The notes under the pieces were generated by a model that did not search any database, was not told where the DNA came from, and worked only from the letters and a program-made list of their open reading frames with translations. The position numbers and the translations under genes are program-made. A DNA stretch of 20,000 nucleotides from Chiloscyllium plagiosum (lineage: Eukaryota), in the NCBI RefSeq assembly GCF_004010195.1, contig NW_025215212.1, positions 52,780-72,779 on the forward strand, read 5' to 3'. This document shows, in pieces, positions 10,665-20,000 of the stretch. The number at the start of each line of letters is the position of its first letter. The stretch's first letter is position 1.

Positions 10665-10962
10665 TGCAACAAAAACTTGCAACAAAAACTTCCAGCTCGG
10701 CAAACAGAACCACAGCAAGATTAATATGAGGCTGTAGGTGTTGCTTAACAGCAGAATATCAGTTTATTACACAGAGAAGAAATTACCAAAGCTGTATATT
10801 TAAAAAGATTTGAAAAATGTTTCAAAGTTAAAAGGATCTTAGCACAGAAATGGAAACAAACTTTCAATTTGATTCCGGACATCATTCATTACTGAAACTC
10901 AATCCACGTGAAACATTACGTCCACCTGAGCTTTTTAAACTTTCCCTCACTGTGCTTTCCAG

Positions 10963-11042
10963 TTTCCACCCCTTGGAGACCAGGGTTTTATGATTTCGAG
11001 TGTGATGTTATGACACAGAGCAGGAAGAAAGGGAGACAAGGA
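10963..11042 (+). CDS. Candidate exon (STPWRPGFYDFECDVMTQSRKKGRQG)
   Basis: tttccctcactgtgctttccAG acceptor, GTGAGT donor, only one open frame (phase 1-0). Confidence 0.35.
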
Positions 11043-11359
11043 GTGAGTGAGGCAGGTGCTCTGCTGTTGTCGTGTGGCATCTCAGAGAATGTTTAGGGTC
11101 TACGCTCTCTGGACAGAGTTCTGACATTCACAATATCCCTAAAAAGTAACTCTTTATGAAAATTATACTCTGTACTTTCTGATTAAGGTCAAAGTCTGAA
11201 ATGTCCCTCCTCTCTTCAGAATTTCTTTCTCATCATGTGATCTTTGCATCATCATTGACATTCCTTTCTATGTATCTGCTCAAGAGTTAACCCTTTACAC
11301 TACATCTCCCCTTAAGTCAGTGTCTCTATATAGTCTAAATTATCTATAGAAATCCTCCT

Positions 11360-11702
11360 ATGGATAGGGTAAATAGACATGGTCTTTTCCCTGGGGTGGG
11401 TGAGTCCAGAACTAGAGGGCATAGGTTTAGGGTGAGAGGGGAAAGATATAAAAGAGACCTAAGGGGCAACGTTTTCACGCAGAGGGTGGTGTGTGTGTAG
11501 AATGAGCTGCCAGAGGATGTGGTGGAGGCTGGTACAATTACAGTATTTAAAATGCATCTGGATGGGTATATGAATAGGAAGGGTTTAAAGGGATATGAGC
11601 CAAGTGCTGGCAAATGGGACTAGATTAATTTAGGATATCTGGTCGGCATGGAGGAATTGGACCGAAAGGTCTGTTTCCGTGCTGTATATCTCTATGATTC
11701 TA
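11360..11702 (+). mobile_element. CR1-type LINE 3' end
   Basis: Reads MDRVNRHGLFPGVGESRTRGHRFRVRG..GNVFTQRVV; ends ctctatgattctat. Confidence 0.93.
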
Positions 11703-11979
11703 TCTCTTCGTATTTTAAATGGGTCTTGGGTGTCAGCAAATGCAGCCCAACCCTTTTGTCGGGAGCAGCAGGAGACAGAAAGGTGATTGCTATATCACTG
11801 TTTCAGCATTGTCTCTGGACCAAAGCCCTGGATTTCCCTGACTCACAGTACTATAGTAGACCACCTTCAGATACAGCTGTCATGCACACCCATCTTACAT
11901 TGTCCAGAATACAGCACTCATGTACAGACCCCATATGTAACCCCGCTCTGTTTGTTTGATCCTGACTGTTGTCCCACAG

Positions 11980-12254
11980 ACAGCTGTAATGTCCTGCTAT
12001 ACCAACAGATGGCAGCTCAGTGCCTCAGTGCTGAGTGTAGTGATGTCTCCCAGCCTTCCCACCCACTCTGCTGCTCTTGCCGAAATGACAGTGATTACAA
12101 TTGCTGCAGAAACCATGGAAGCCAGTGAGCAGGTTCTCAGGAAAACTCGGGCAGTCAGCGCCGGAGCTCAGCCAAGTCATTTCTCACTGGACAGACTGGC
12201 TGAACATGTTCACCTGGGGATACTGTCCAATACTGTCCGGATCGCACCCTGCAG
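11980..12254 (+). CDS. Candidate exon (TAVMSCYTNRWQLS...NTVRIAPC)
   Basis: tgttgtcccacAG acceptor; open phase-0 frame compatible with the preceding candidate; weak donors at 12255 (gtgtga) or 12292 (gtaacc). Confidence 0.3.
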
Positions 12255-12305
12255 GTGTGACACAGACACGGCCAGGAAACAATACACCTCAGTAACCATG
12301 TTTCA

Positions 12306-12781
12306 GTCATTCACAGAGTCACAGAGTTGTACAGCACGGAAACAGACCCTTCGGTCCAACTCATCCATGCTGACCAGATAACCCAACCCAATCTAGTCCC
12401 ACCTGCCAGCACCTGGCCCATATCCCTCCAAAACCTTCCTATTCATATACCCATCCAAATGCCTTTTAAATGGTGCAGTTGTATCAGTCTCCACCACATC
12501 CTCTGGCAGCTCATTCCATACACATACCACCCTCTGCGTGAAAAAGTTGCCCCTTAGGTCTCTTTTATATCTTTCCCCTCTCACCCTAAACCTATGCCCG
12601 CTAGTTCTGGACTCCCCCACCCCAGGGCAAAGACTTTGTCTATTTATCCTATCCATGCCCCTCATAATTTTGTACATCTCTATAAGATCTCCCCTCAGCC
12701 TCCAACGCTCCAGGCTCCTGTACTCAATACTCTGACCAATAAAGGAAAGCATAACAAACACCACCTTCACTATCCTATCTC
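12306..12781 (-). mobile_element. CR1-type LINE 3' end with internal deletion near 12712
   Basis: Track ORF reads LRGDLIEMYKIMRGMDRINRQSLCPGVGESRTSGHRFRVRG, fused to upstream LSFIGQSIEYRS. Confidence 0.93.
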
Positions 12782-13033
12782 CCTTTAATTTTCCCCACTG
12801 CCTTGATCATTACCTGTTACCCTTCAAATTTCTCATTGGATTTGGACGTGATATTTGTTACTCATTTTAACTGTCTGGCCAACAAGTTGGCCTTTGATCT
12901 TGTAACGGATCCTCTTCTTCCACAGCAATAACTTTGAAGACGACCCTAAAAATTGTCACACAATCTGTTGATCTTGAAACTTCTCCCATTCACCATTTCT
13001 GCTCAACAGAATTATCCCCAGCTCAATACACCC

Positions 13034-13460
13034 AGAGAGACAGCAACAGAAAAAGGAGATGAATCAGAGAAAAAAACAGAGTGAGGGAATAAATCAGAAA
13101 GATGGAGGTGATGGAAATAAATCACAGAGCGAGGGAGGGAATGATTTACAGCTACAGAGTGAGAGAAGGAATGTATGAGTGAGAGGCAGAGCTGCGAATT
13201 ATTGAGTGAGGGAATGAATCAGAGCAAGATGAAGAGGGGGAATGAAGCATTGAGGGAGAAACAGAGAGGAGGAAGGGGAAATGAATCAGAGAGAGAGAGA
13301 GAATGAAACATTGAGAAAAGGAGAATTAATCAAAGAGAAGGAATGAAACATTAAGAGAGAGAGAGAATGAATCACAGAGAAAAAAACAGCAAGGAAATCT
13401 GAAAGAGAAGGAGTTGGATAGAGAGAAAAGATATTGGTCACAGAGAGAAAGAGAGAAAAC
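13034..13460. repeat. Purine-rich low-complexity tract with a degenerate gaatgaatcagagag unit
   Basis: Recurrent gaatgaa(tca/aca) and (GA)n. Confidence 0.8.
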
Positions 13461-13677
13461 AAATCCTGGGTTACTCCCAGAGATTACAATACAGTTTGTA
13501 GAATATATTTCTGTTTTAAAACTTCCCCAACGGCTTATTCAGTGTGACATTCCAGGGTCTCCCTGGCCCCAGATAGCTGCTGAATTTGTATTCCCGGTGT
13601 TATTTTTGGCGTTATGGCCTGTTTTCTTTAGAAAAGCCCATGTTGTAACTAAAGGTTCAATCTGTCTGTAAGCAGCA

Positions 13678-14150
13678 GATCTGGGCCCCACGCCTGAGGA
13701 AGGATTGCTTGGCCTTGGAGCGGGTACAATGTTGGTTAATAAGAATGAAACCTGGACTTCAGCGATTAAACAAGGAGGAGAGATTGTACAACTGAGGGCT
13801 GTTTTCTCTTAAGGGGTGATCTGAATGAAGTCATCAAGGTGTTATCTGTGAAGGACAGGATGGGTCAAGGTCAACTATTTCCAATGACTGGGGCATGCTC
13901 TGAGAATTAGGTCCAGCCTATTCAGGAGAGATGTTGGGAAGCACTTCACACACAGAGGGTGGGAGAGGTTTGGAATTCTCTTCCACAAGTGGCAGCGCAT
14001 GCTGGATCAGTTGTTAATTTTACATAAAGTTTTGTGAAGGTGTTAAGGGATAGCGGCCAAAGGCAGGCATATGTAGTTAGGTCACAGACCAGCCCCATGG
14101 TCACATTGGGCTCAAGGGACTGAATGTCCTGTTCCTGTGTTCTTACATTC
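13678..14150 (+). mobile_element. Old CR1 3' fragment
   Basis: cttggagcgggtaca..aggggtgatctg..cttcacacacagagggtgg..ggaattctcttcc. Confidence 0.8.
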
Positions 14151-14189
14151 CTGGGTACTTTGGGGTCCCTCCATCGTTATGATATAGAA

Positions 14190-14730
14190 TATGGTTTAAA
14201 TAATGAGAGGCTGTTAGACGCTGGTACTCTGAAGAATCTCGGGGTCCACCGCGAGTGGTTTGGTTACAATTAGGAAGGTCAATGGCTCCTTGCCTTTATT
14301 ACAAGTGAAGAGTCCGGAAGTTCTGTTCCTAATGCACATTACCTTGGTGAAATTACCTCTGGAGGGCTGTGTACCGTTTTGGTGTCTGTACCTAAGGAAG
14401 GATATGTGTGCCTTAGAGAGGATGCATTACATGTTCACTGGATCTGGGTCAAGAACAGTCGAGATTGAATAGAATGGGACTACGTCATCTGCAGTTTCGA
14501 TGAGCTGGAGATTATACGTTTAAGAAGCTGAGAGGACATGGTAGATGCTGTGAGACTGTTTCATTCAGTTGGAGAGTATGAAGTTAGGATTCATAAACCA
14601 AGGATAAGGAGTTACCTTCCTAGGACTGAGATGAGGAGGAATTCTTCAGTTGGTGGCGATGAATTGTTGTAATTGTCAGAGTGAGCTGTGATTGCTGAGG
14701 TGCTGAGTATGTTCGAGGCTGGGAGTGATA
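14190..14730 (+). mobile_element. Old CR1 ORF2 fragment, host of the HE1 insertion
   Basis: Reads TLVKLPLEGCVPFWCLYLRKDMCALERM, a decayed LVRPHLEYCVQFW. Confidence 0.75.
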
Positions 14731-15049
14731 GATTAGATTAGATTACTTACAGTGTGGAAACAGGCCCTTCGGCCCAACAAGTCCACACCGCCCCGCCGAA
14801 GCGCAACCCACCCATACCTCTACATGTACCCCTTTTTACCTAACACTACGGGCAATTTAGCATGGCCAATTCACCTGACCAGCACATCTTTGGACTGTGG
14901 GAGGAAACCGGAGCACCCGGAGGAAACCCACGCAGACACGGGGAGAACGTGCAAACTCCACACAGTCAGTCGCCTGAGGCGGGAATTGAACCCGGGTCTC
15001 TGGCGCTGTGAGGCAGCAGTGCTAACCGCTGTGCCACTGTGCCGCCCAC
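14727..15049 (-). mobile_element. Full-length HE1-like V-SINE
   Basis: Minus strand: A-box tggcacagcggttag, B-box gggttcaattccc, V-core, CR1-like tail with (taatc)n. Confidence 0.95.
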
Positions 15050-15561
15050 GGGATATCTGGGTTTTAACAGAAACAAGGGGATAACACATGAGGGATAAAC
15101 AATTACATGTTCCTTGAACAACACTCCTCAAGCTGGACCTTCACACCTGGAGCATTGACCCGACACTCAGAGGAAAGGATGGAATTCCTGACCCATCAGC
15201 CAAGGTCCAGGTGTACCTCAAGGAGCAGGGGAACTGTCAGATATCTTTCGATTCCTCAGTACATGAGCTCCAAGCCTGTGGTGTTTAACAGTTCATTCCC
15301 CCTTGAAAACCCAGCTCCATATGTGTCTAAATGTCCCATTCAATAGATTCCTTACGAGAAATTTCAAAATGTCTTTTCAACAGGTACAAGATGCCCAAGG
15401 GCAGCAAACATTGTACAAGGTGGGAGGTGATATCCAGCTACAGCCCTGACACTGTTTCAAGGGACAGTGTAGTCAGAGCTTGACTTTCAGTTTAAAACAG
15501 TATAGGGAGCTTTACCTTACATTTAACCCTGCGTTGCACCTGTCCTGGGAGTGTTTGAAGG

Positions 15562-15704
15562 GGAGAAAGTGAGGTCTGCAGATGCTGGAGATCAGAGCTG
15601 AAAATGTGCTGCTGGAAAAGCGCAGCAGGTCAGGCAGCATCCAAAGAGCAGGAGAATCGACGTTTCGGGCATAAGCCCTTCTTCAGGAATCCTCAATTTT
15701 CAGC
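15562..15704 (-). mobile_element. PLE family A terminus inserted in the minisatellite
   Basis: TSD agtgtttgaagggga 15550-15564 / 15705-15719; short inverted arm attttcagc 15696-15704 vs gctgaaaat 15597-15605. Confidence 0.9.
15659..15686 (-). ncRNA. Putative minimal hammerhead ribozyme, intact core
   Basis: CUGAAGA-a-GGGC-uuau-GCCC-GAAAC-GUC. Confidence 0.72.
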
Positions 15705-16955
15705 AGTGTTTGAAGGGGACAGTGTAGAAGGAGCTTTGCTTTGTATCTTACCCCGTGTTATCCCTGTCCTGGGAGTGTTTGATGGGGATATTGGTGAGGG
15801 AGATTTACTCTGTATCTAACCCCGTGCTGTCCCTGTCCTGGGAGTGTTTGATGGGGTCAGTGTAGAGGGAGCTTTACTCTGTGTCTAACATCATGCTGTC
15901 CTTGTTCTGGGAGTGTTTGATGGGGACAGTGTAGAGGGAGCTTTACTCTGTGTCTAACACCGTGCTGTCCCTGTCCCTGGGAGTGTTTGATGGGGACAGT
16001 GTAGAGGGAGCTTTACTCTGTATCTAACACTGTGTTGTCCTTGTCCTGGGAGTGTTTGATGGGGACAATGTAGAGGGAGCTTTACTCTGTGTCTAACATC
16101 ATGCTGTCCTTGTCCTGGGAGTGTTTGATGGGGGACAGTCTTTGAAGTTAGCACTTTGGAATCAAGTGGGAAATGATGCGTATAGAGCAGGTCTGTTGGG
16201 CATGTTCGTTTGTTGATTGCTAAGGAGATTATTCCGAAATTTGGTCATGCAGCTGCGTGCTCCCACTTGAGGGTTTGTTATCAGAATGCCATTTGCACAA
16301 GTGCTTCATTTCGATTTCTCCATGACGTTTGTGTCTATTTTATGAAATCCTCTTCTGCTATATCATATCCCACAGCTAAAGGAACAATGTCTGGTCATTC
16401 CTGCTGCAGAAAAACAGGGAAATCTTAGGAATATTTATTTTCTATTTCCCTAATGTTCCCAAATGGATGGAGTTTGTGGGAATTGTACCCCTCTTTCTGA
16501 GCTTTGTCTAGCGGTTATTTGAAAGTGTGAACTCAGTAAGGGGTCAGCAACACACTAAAGGCAGTTCACCCAGACTGATCTGTGCCCAGTCTAATCAGAT
16601 GGATGTTGTGTTCGGATACAAACCTTGTTGGTGAGCTGCAATCATTAAAATATCTTGGACAGAGATTTCGCCAATGGCTGGTTTCGACAGACAGAAGGAA
16701 CTCCAACAGATTCCAGCTGATTTGCTTCTCAACAGTTTTTAATAGCGGAATTGCTTAAGCCTATAACACCCAAACCCAACACCTGGAAGACCTCCTCACA
16801 CATTTTCCTTCACTCCCATTCTACATTTTGAAACTCTTTAACCACGAATCCCTGGATAAGTGATCTTCAACAGGGACCAGCAGCTAGCCAGCCTGACAAA
16901 ATCATTAAAACCACAACTTCCCAAATTTACCATCGGCTAACCCCAAAACCAAGCA

Positions 16956-17356
16956 AGAGTCAGTGTGTGTGGGTCTGTACCCCAGTGAGACTCAGTGTGT
17001 GTGGGTCTGTACCCCAGTGAGAGTCAGTGTGTGTGTGGGTCTGTACCCCAGTGAGAGTCAGTGTGTGTGGGTCTGTACCCCAGTGAGAGTCAGTGTGTGT
17101 GGGACTGTATCCCAGTGAGAGTCAGTGTGTGTGGGACTGTACCCCAGTAAGAGTCAGTGTGTGTGGGTCTGTACCCCAGTGAGAGTCAGTCTGTGTGGGA
17201 CTGTACCCCAGTGAGAGTCAGTGTCTGTGGGACTGTATCCCAGTGAGAGTCAGTGTGTGTGGGACTGTACCCAGTGAGAGTCAGTGTGTGTGGGACTGTA
17301 CCCCAGTGAGAGTCAGTGTGTGTGGGACTGTATCCCAGTGAGAGTCAGTGTGTGTC
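16956..17356. repeat. 32-bp minisatellite, about 12.5 copies
   Basis: gagagtcagtgtgtgtggg(t/a)ctgtaccccagt; unit starts at 16987, 17019 and so on. Confidence 0.97.
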
Positions 17357-17361
17357 AATAC

Positions 17362-18922
17362 TTATTTTTTCATTCATGGGATATGGGCATCACTGCCTAG
17401 ACCAGCATTTACTGTCTATCCCTAATTGCCCTTGAGAAGACAGTAATGAAGTCCCTTCTTGAACTACTGCAGTCCTTGTGCTGTTCACAGTGGTCTTCAG
17501 CATCTTGACCCAGTGACTCTGAAGGAACTGTGATATGTTGCCATGTCAGGATGGTGAGGGCTTGGAGGAGAACTTGCAGATGATGGTGTTCTCATGTATC
17601 TGCTGCCCTTGTCCTTCTGGTCTGGAAGGTGCTGTCTATGGATAGTTGATGAATTTCTACAGTGTATTTTCTAGTTGGTACACACTACTGAGGGTCAGTG
17701 GTGGAAGGAGTGAATGTGGATGTGGTGCCAATCAAAGTGGGCAAAGTGTTTTGTCCTGGATGGTGCGAAACATCTTGAGTGTTGTTGGGCTTGCACCCAT
17801 CCAGGGCAATTGGGGAGTATTTCATCACATTCTAGATCTGCGCCTTGTGGACAGGTTTTGGGGAGTCGGGAGGGAGTATTCCGAGCCTCTGACCTGCTCT
17901 TGTAACTGTATTTATACGGTTGGTTCCGCTCAGTTGCTGATTCATGGTAAACCAAAGATGTTGCTTGTGGGAGATTCAGTGATGATACCAACAATAAATG
18001 TCAAGGGGCAATAATTAGTGTCTCTCTTGTAGGAGATTATTATAGTCTGGCATTTGTGTGGCGTGAATGTCACTTGCCACTTGTCAGCCCAAGCCTGGAT
18101 ATGGTCCAGATCTTGTTGCATTTGGACACAGACTGTTTCAGTTCCTGAGGAGTTGTGAATGGTGCTGAACACTGTGCAATCATCAGCAAACATCCCCACT
18201 TCTGACCTTATGACAGAGGGAAGGTCGTTGATGAAGCAGCTGAAGATGGTTTAGCCTAAGACCCTGAGGGACTCCTGCAGAGATGTCCTGGAGCTGAGAT
18301 GACTGACCTCCAACAACCACAACCATCCTCCAATGTGTCAGGTATGACTCTGACCAGCGGAGAGCTGTCCTCCAAAGCCCATAGATTCCAGTGTTACTGG
18401 GGCTCCTTGATGCTCCAATTGGTTGAATCTGGGTTTGATGTCAAGGGCTGTCATTCCCACCTCCCCTCTGGAATTCAGATCTTTTGTCCATGTTTGACCC
18501 AAGGCTGGAATGAGGTCAGGAGCTGAGTGGCCCTGGGGGAACCCAAACTGGGCGTCACTGAGCAGGTTATTGCTGAGCAGGTGCTGCTTGATAGCACTGT
18601 TGATGAGCCCGTCCATCACTTTATTGATGATGGAGAGTAGAATGATGGGGCAGTAACTGGCTGGGTTGGATTTGTCCTGATTTTCATGTACAGGGCATCC
18701 CTGGGCAATTTTCCATTACATTGAAGGGCCCCCAGGCCCTTCAGCCCTGATGAAGGACTTATGTCCAAAATGTCGACTCGCCTGCTCCTCAGATGCTGCC
18801 TGACCTGCTGCGCTTTTCCAGCACCACACTCTCGACTCTGACTCTCCACCATCTGCAGTCCTCACTTTCTCCTAACGTTCCACATTGTCAGGTAGATGCC
18901 AGTGTTGTAGCTGTCCTGGAAG
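17362..18922 (-). mobile_element. Decayed CR1/L2-group LINE: RT domain plus 3' end
   Basis: LLSDAQFGFPQGHSAPDL..ALDIK and MFADDCTVF..MQQDLDHIQAWADKWQVTF; frameshifted. Confidence 0.92.
18724..18873 (+). mobile_element. PLE family A terminus nested in the LINE
   Basis: ctgatgaaggacttatgtcc..ctcactttctcct; degenerate duplication ttcca(tta)cattg on both flanks. Confidence 0.85.
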
Positions 18923-18923
18923 A

Positions 18924-18993
18924 TTTGTGAAGGTTTGTAGCTCAGGTTGAGGTTTAGGGTGTAGGTTTGATATCCAGACGTTTCATTACCTGA
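18924..18993 (-). mobile_element. Fragment of a family-D-related PLE terminus
   Basis: ttgtgaaggtttgtagctcagg resembles 10178-10200; cagacgtttcattacct is a half hammerhead. Confidence 0.6.
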
Positions 18994-19054
18994 TTCGGGG
19001 CTGTCTGTGAAACTGGATCACAAACAGATTCAAACATTCCCAACACAAAGCAGG

Positions 19055-19148
19055 CAAAGTTAAAATCACCCAACACCAGGTTAGAGTCCAACAGGTTTCT
19101 TTGGAAGCACTAGCTTTCTGAGCGCTGCCCCTTCATCAGGTGGTTGTG
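19055..19148 (-). mobile_element. PLE family B terminus with hammerhead motif (19111-19139)
   Basis: Minus strand CUGAUGA-ag-GGGC-agc-GCUC-a-GAAAGCUA; homologous to 3804-3868. Confidence 0.75.
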
Positions 19149-19734
19149 ACAAAGCAGACAAAGAGGAGGAAATAATATAAAATGGTTTCATTTCAGGAAG
19201 GAAGTTTGAGAAGGAACGGCTTTAATTTTTAAACAACCCTGTGTAAATTCCTTTGAATGTAATTCCGTGCTTTGTGTTAAACGCTCGTCAGTTGCTCATG
19301 TAAAGAGCAGTCGCAATGGAATGTGGAGAGCCCTGTTCAGAACCTATCGCAGACACCTCAAGCACACTCGATGATTAGTTTGTCCCTTTCCCAGCGTGGC
19401 CAGATAGTGGTCACATTCTCTGAATGCTGTTATTGGGCCAGACTGACAGGTATTGATAGGGAGCTAATTACAAACACACAGCAATCAGCATGGGCTAGAG
19501 CACAATCCTGAGGGAAACCAGTGTCATCCCTCAACTCTAACCACTTGTCATTCAGGGACCGTGTAAAACCCATTTAAAAGTTCAATTCGTTTCCACAACT
19601 GTGAAACTCTGACTACAAGGATTGGCCACTGTCAACCGATGAGGAAGGGGAGGGGGGGACGGGTGGAGGCCAGGGAATGGAAATTTCCAAGTGTTATACA
19701 CCATCAAAATGACCTACCACAGGCTGGGGTCGCA

Positions 19735-19881
19735 GTAAAACTCCCTCAGGAGTATACTCATCAAACACTCCCACAACATGTACAGTATGAGGTTAGATAC
19801 AGAGTAAAGCTCTCTCTACACTGACCTAATCAACACTCCCAGGACAGGGACAGCACAGGCTTAGACAGAGACCAAAGCTCA
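19735..19881. repeat. About 2 degenerate units of the 69-bp minisatellite, opposite orientation
   Basis: catcaaacactccca..gttagatacagagtaaagctc..ctctacactg. Confidence 0.85.
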
Positions 19882-19885
19882 GACA

Positions 19886-20000
19886 TAAAAAACAGAAATT
19901 GCTGGAAAAGCTCAGCAGGTCTGGCAGCATCTGTGCAGAGAAATCAGAGTTAACCTTTCAGGTCAGGCGACCCTTCCTCAGGACTGATAGCAGCTAGGAA
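19886..20000 (-). mobile_element. PLE family C terminus with hammerhead motif (19952-19981), runs off the window
   Basis: Minus strand CUGAGGA-a-GGGUC-gccu-GACCU-GAAAGGUU, then cagatgctgccagacctgctgagcttttccagc. Confidence 0.8.

Larger units (their letters stand above)
10171..10716 (+). mobile_element. Truncated Penelope/Poseidon-type PLE (family D) with GIY-YIG endonuclease fragment
   Basis: NVVYKIPCKDCTKHYIGQTGRQLTIRSHEH (GIY-YIG); TSD aagatcaatatga 10158-10170 / aagattaatatga 10717-10729. Confidence 0.92.
15440..16139. repeat. 69-bp minisatellite, about 8 units, interrupted by a PLE
   Basis: ggagtgtttgatgggg recurs at 15772, 15841, 15910, 15980, 16049, 16118. Confidence 0.95.

Noticed and set aside
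14752..15131. 110-aa and 86-aa ORFs and a tRNA-like sequence
   Set aside because: Lie within the SINE; the tRNA-derived head has no complete cloverleaf
15954..16154. Repetitive 66-aa ORF
   Set aside because: Translation of the 69-bp satellite
16260..16425. Strong minus-strand acceptor (ttccctgttttctgcag)
   Set aside because: All three downstream frames stop quickly; non-coding use cannot be assessed
16956..17356. CRISPR-like regular repeats
   Set aside because: Head-to-tail units without unique spacers, no cas genes, eukaryotic context

Overview
Repeat-rich vertebrate genomic DNA, very probably from a shark or ray. The evidence is tRNA-derived HE1/V-SINE-like elements whose tails match CR1 3' ends, many CR1-type LINE fragments, several Penelope-like element (PLE) families and tandem repeats. 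No complete, recognisable protein-coding gene is present. The only confidently identifiable protein fragments are a PLE GIY-YIG endonuclease (about 10220-10507) and a decayed non-LTR reverse transcriptase (about 17940-18620, minus strand). A few unique stretches have splice signals and open frames and may be exons of an unidentified plus-strand gene. The most notable structure is a set of PLE termini from about 4 families. They carry minimal hammerhead-ribozyme cores with covarying stem II. Six insertions share one architecture: 12-15 bp target-site duplication, an inverted arm ending at a fixed boundary, and an unpaired 28-38 nt tail. All family names come from recalled consensus features; no database search was run.
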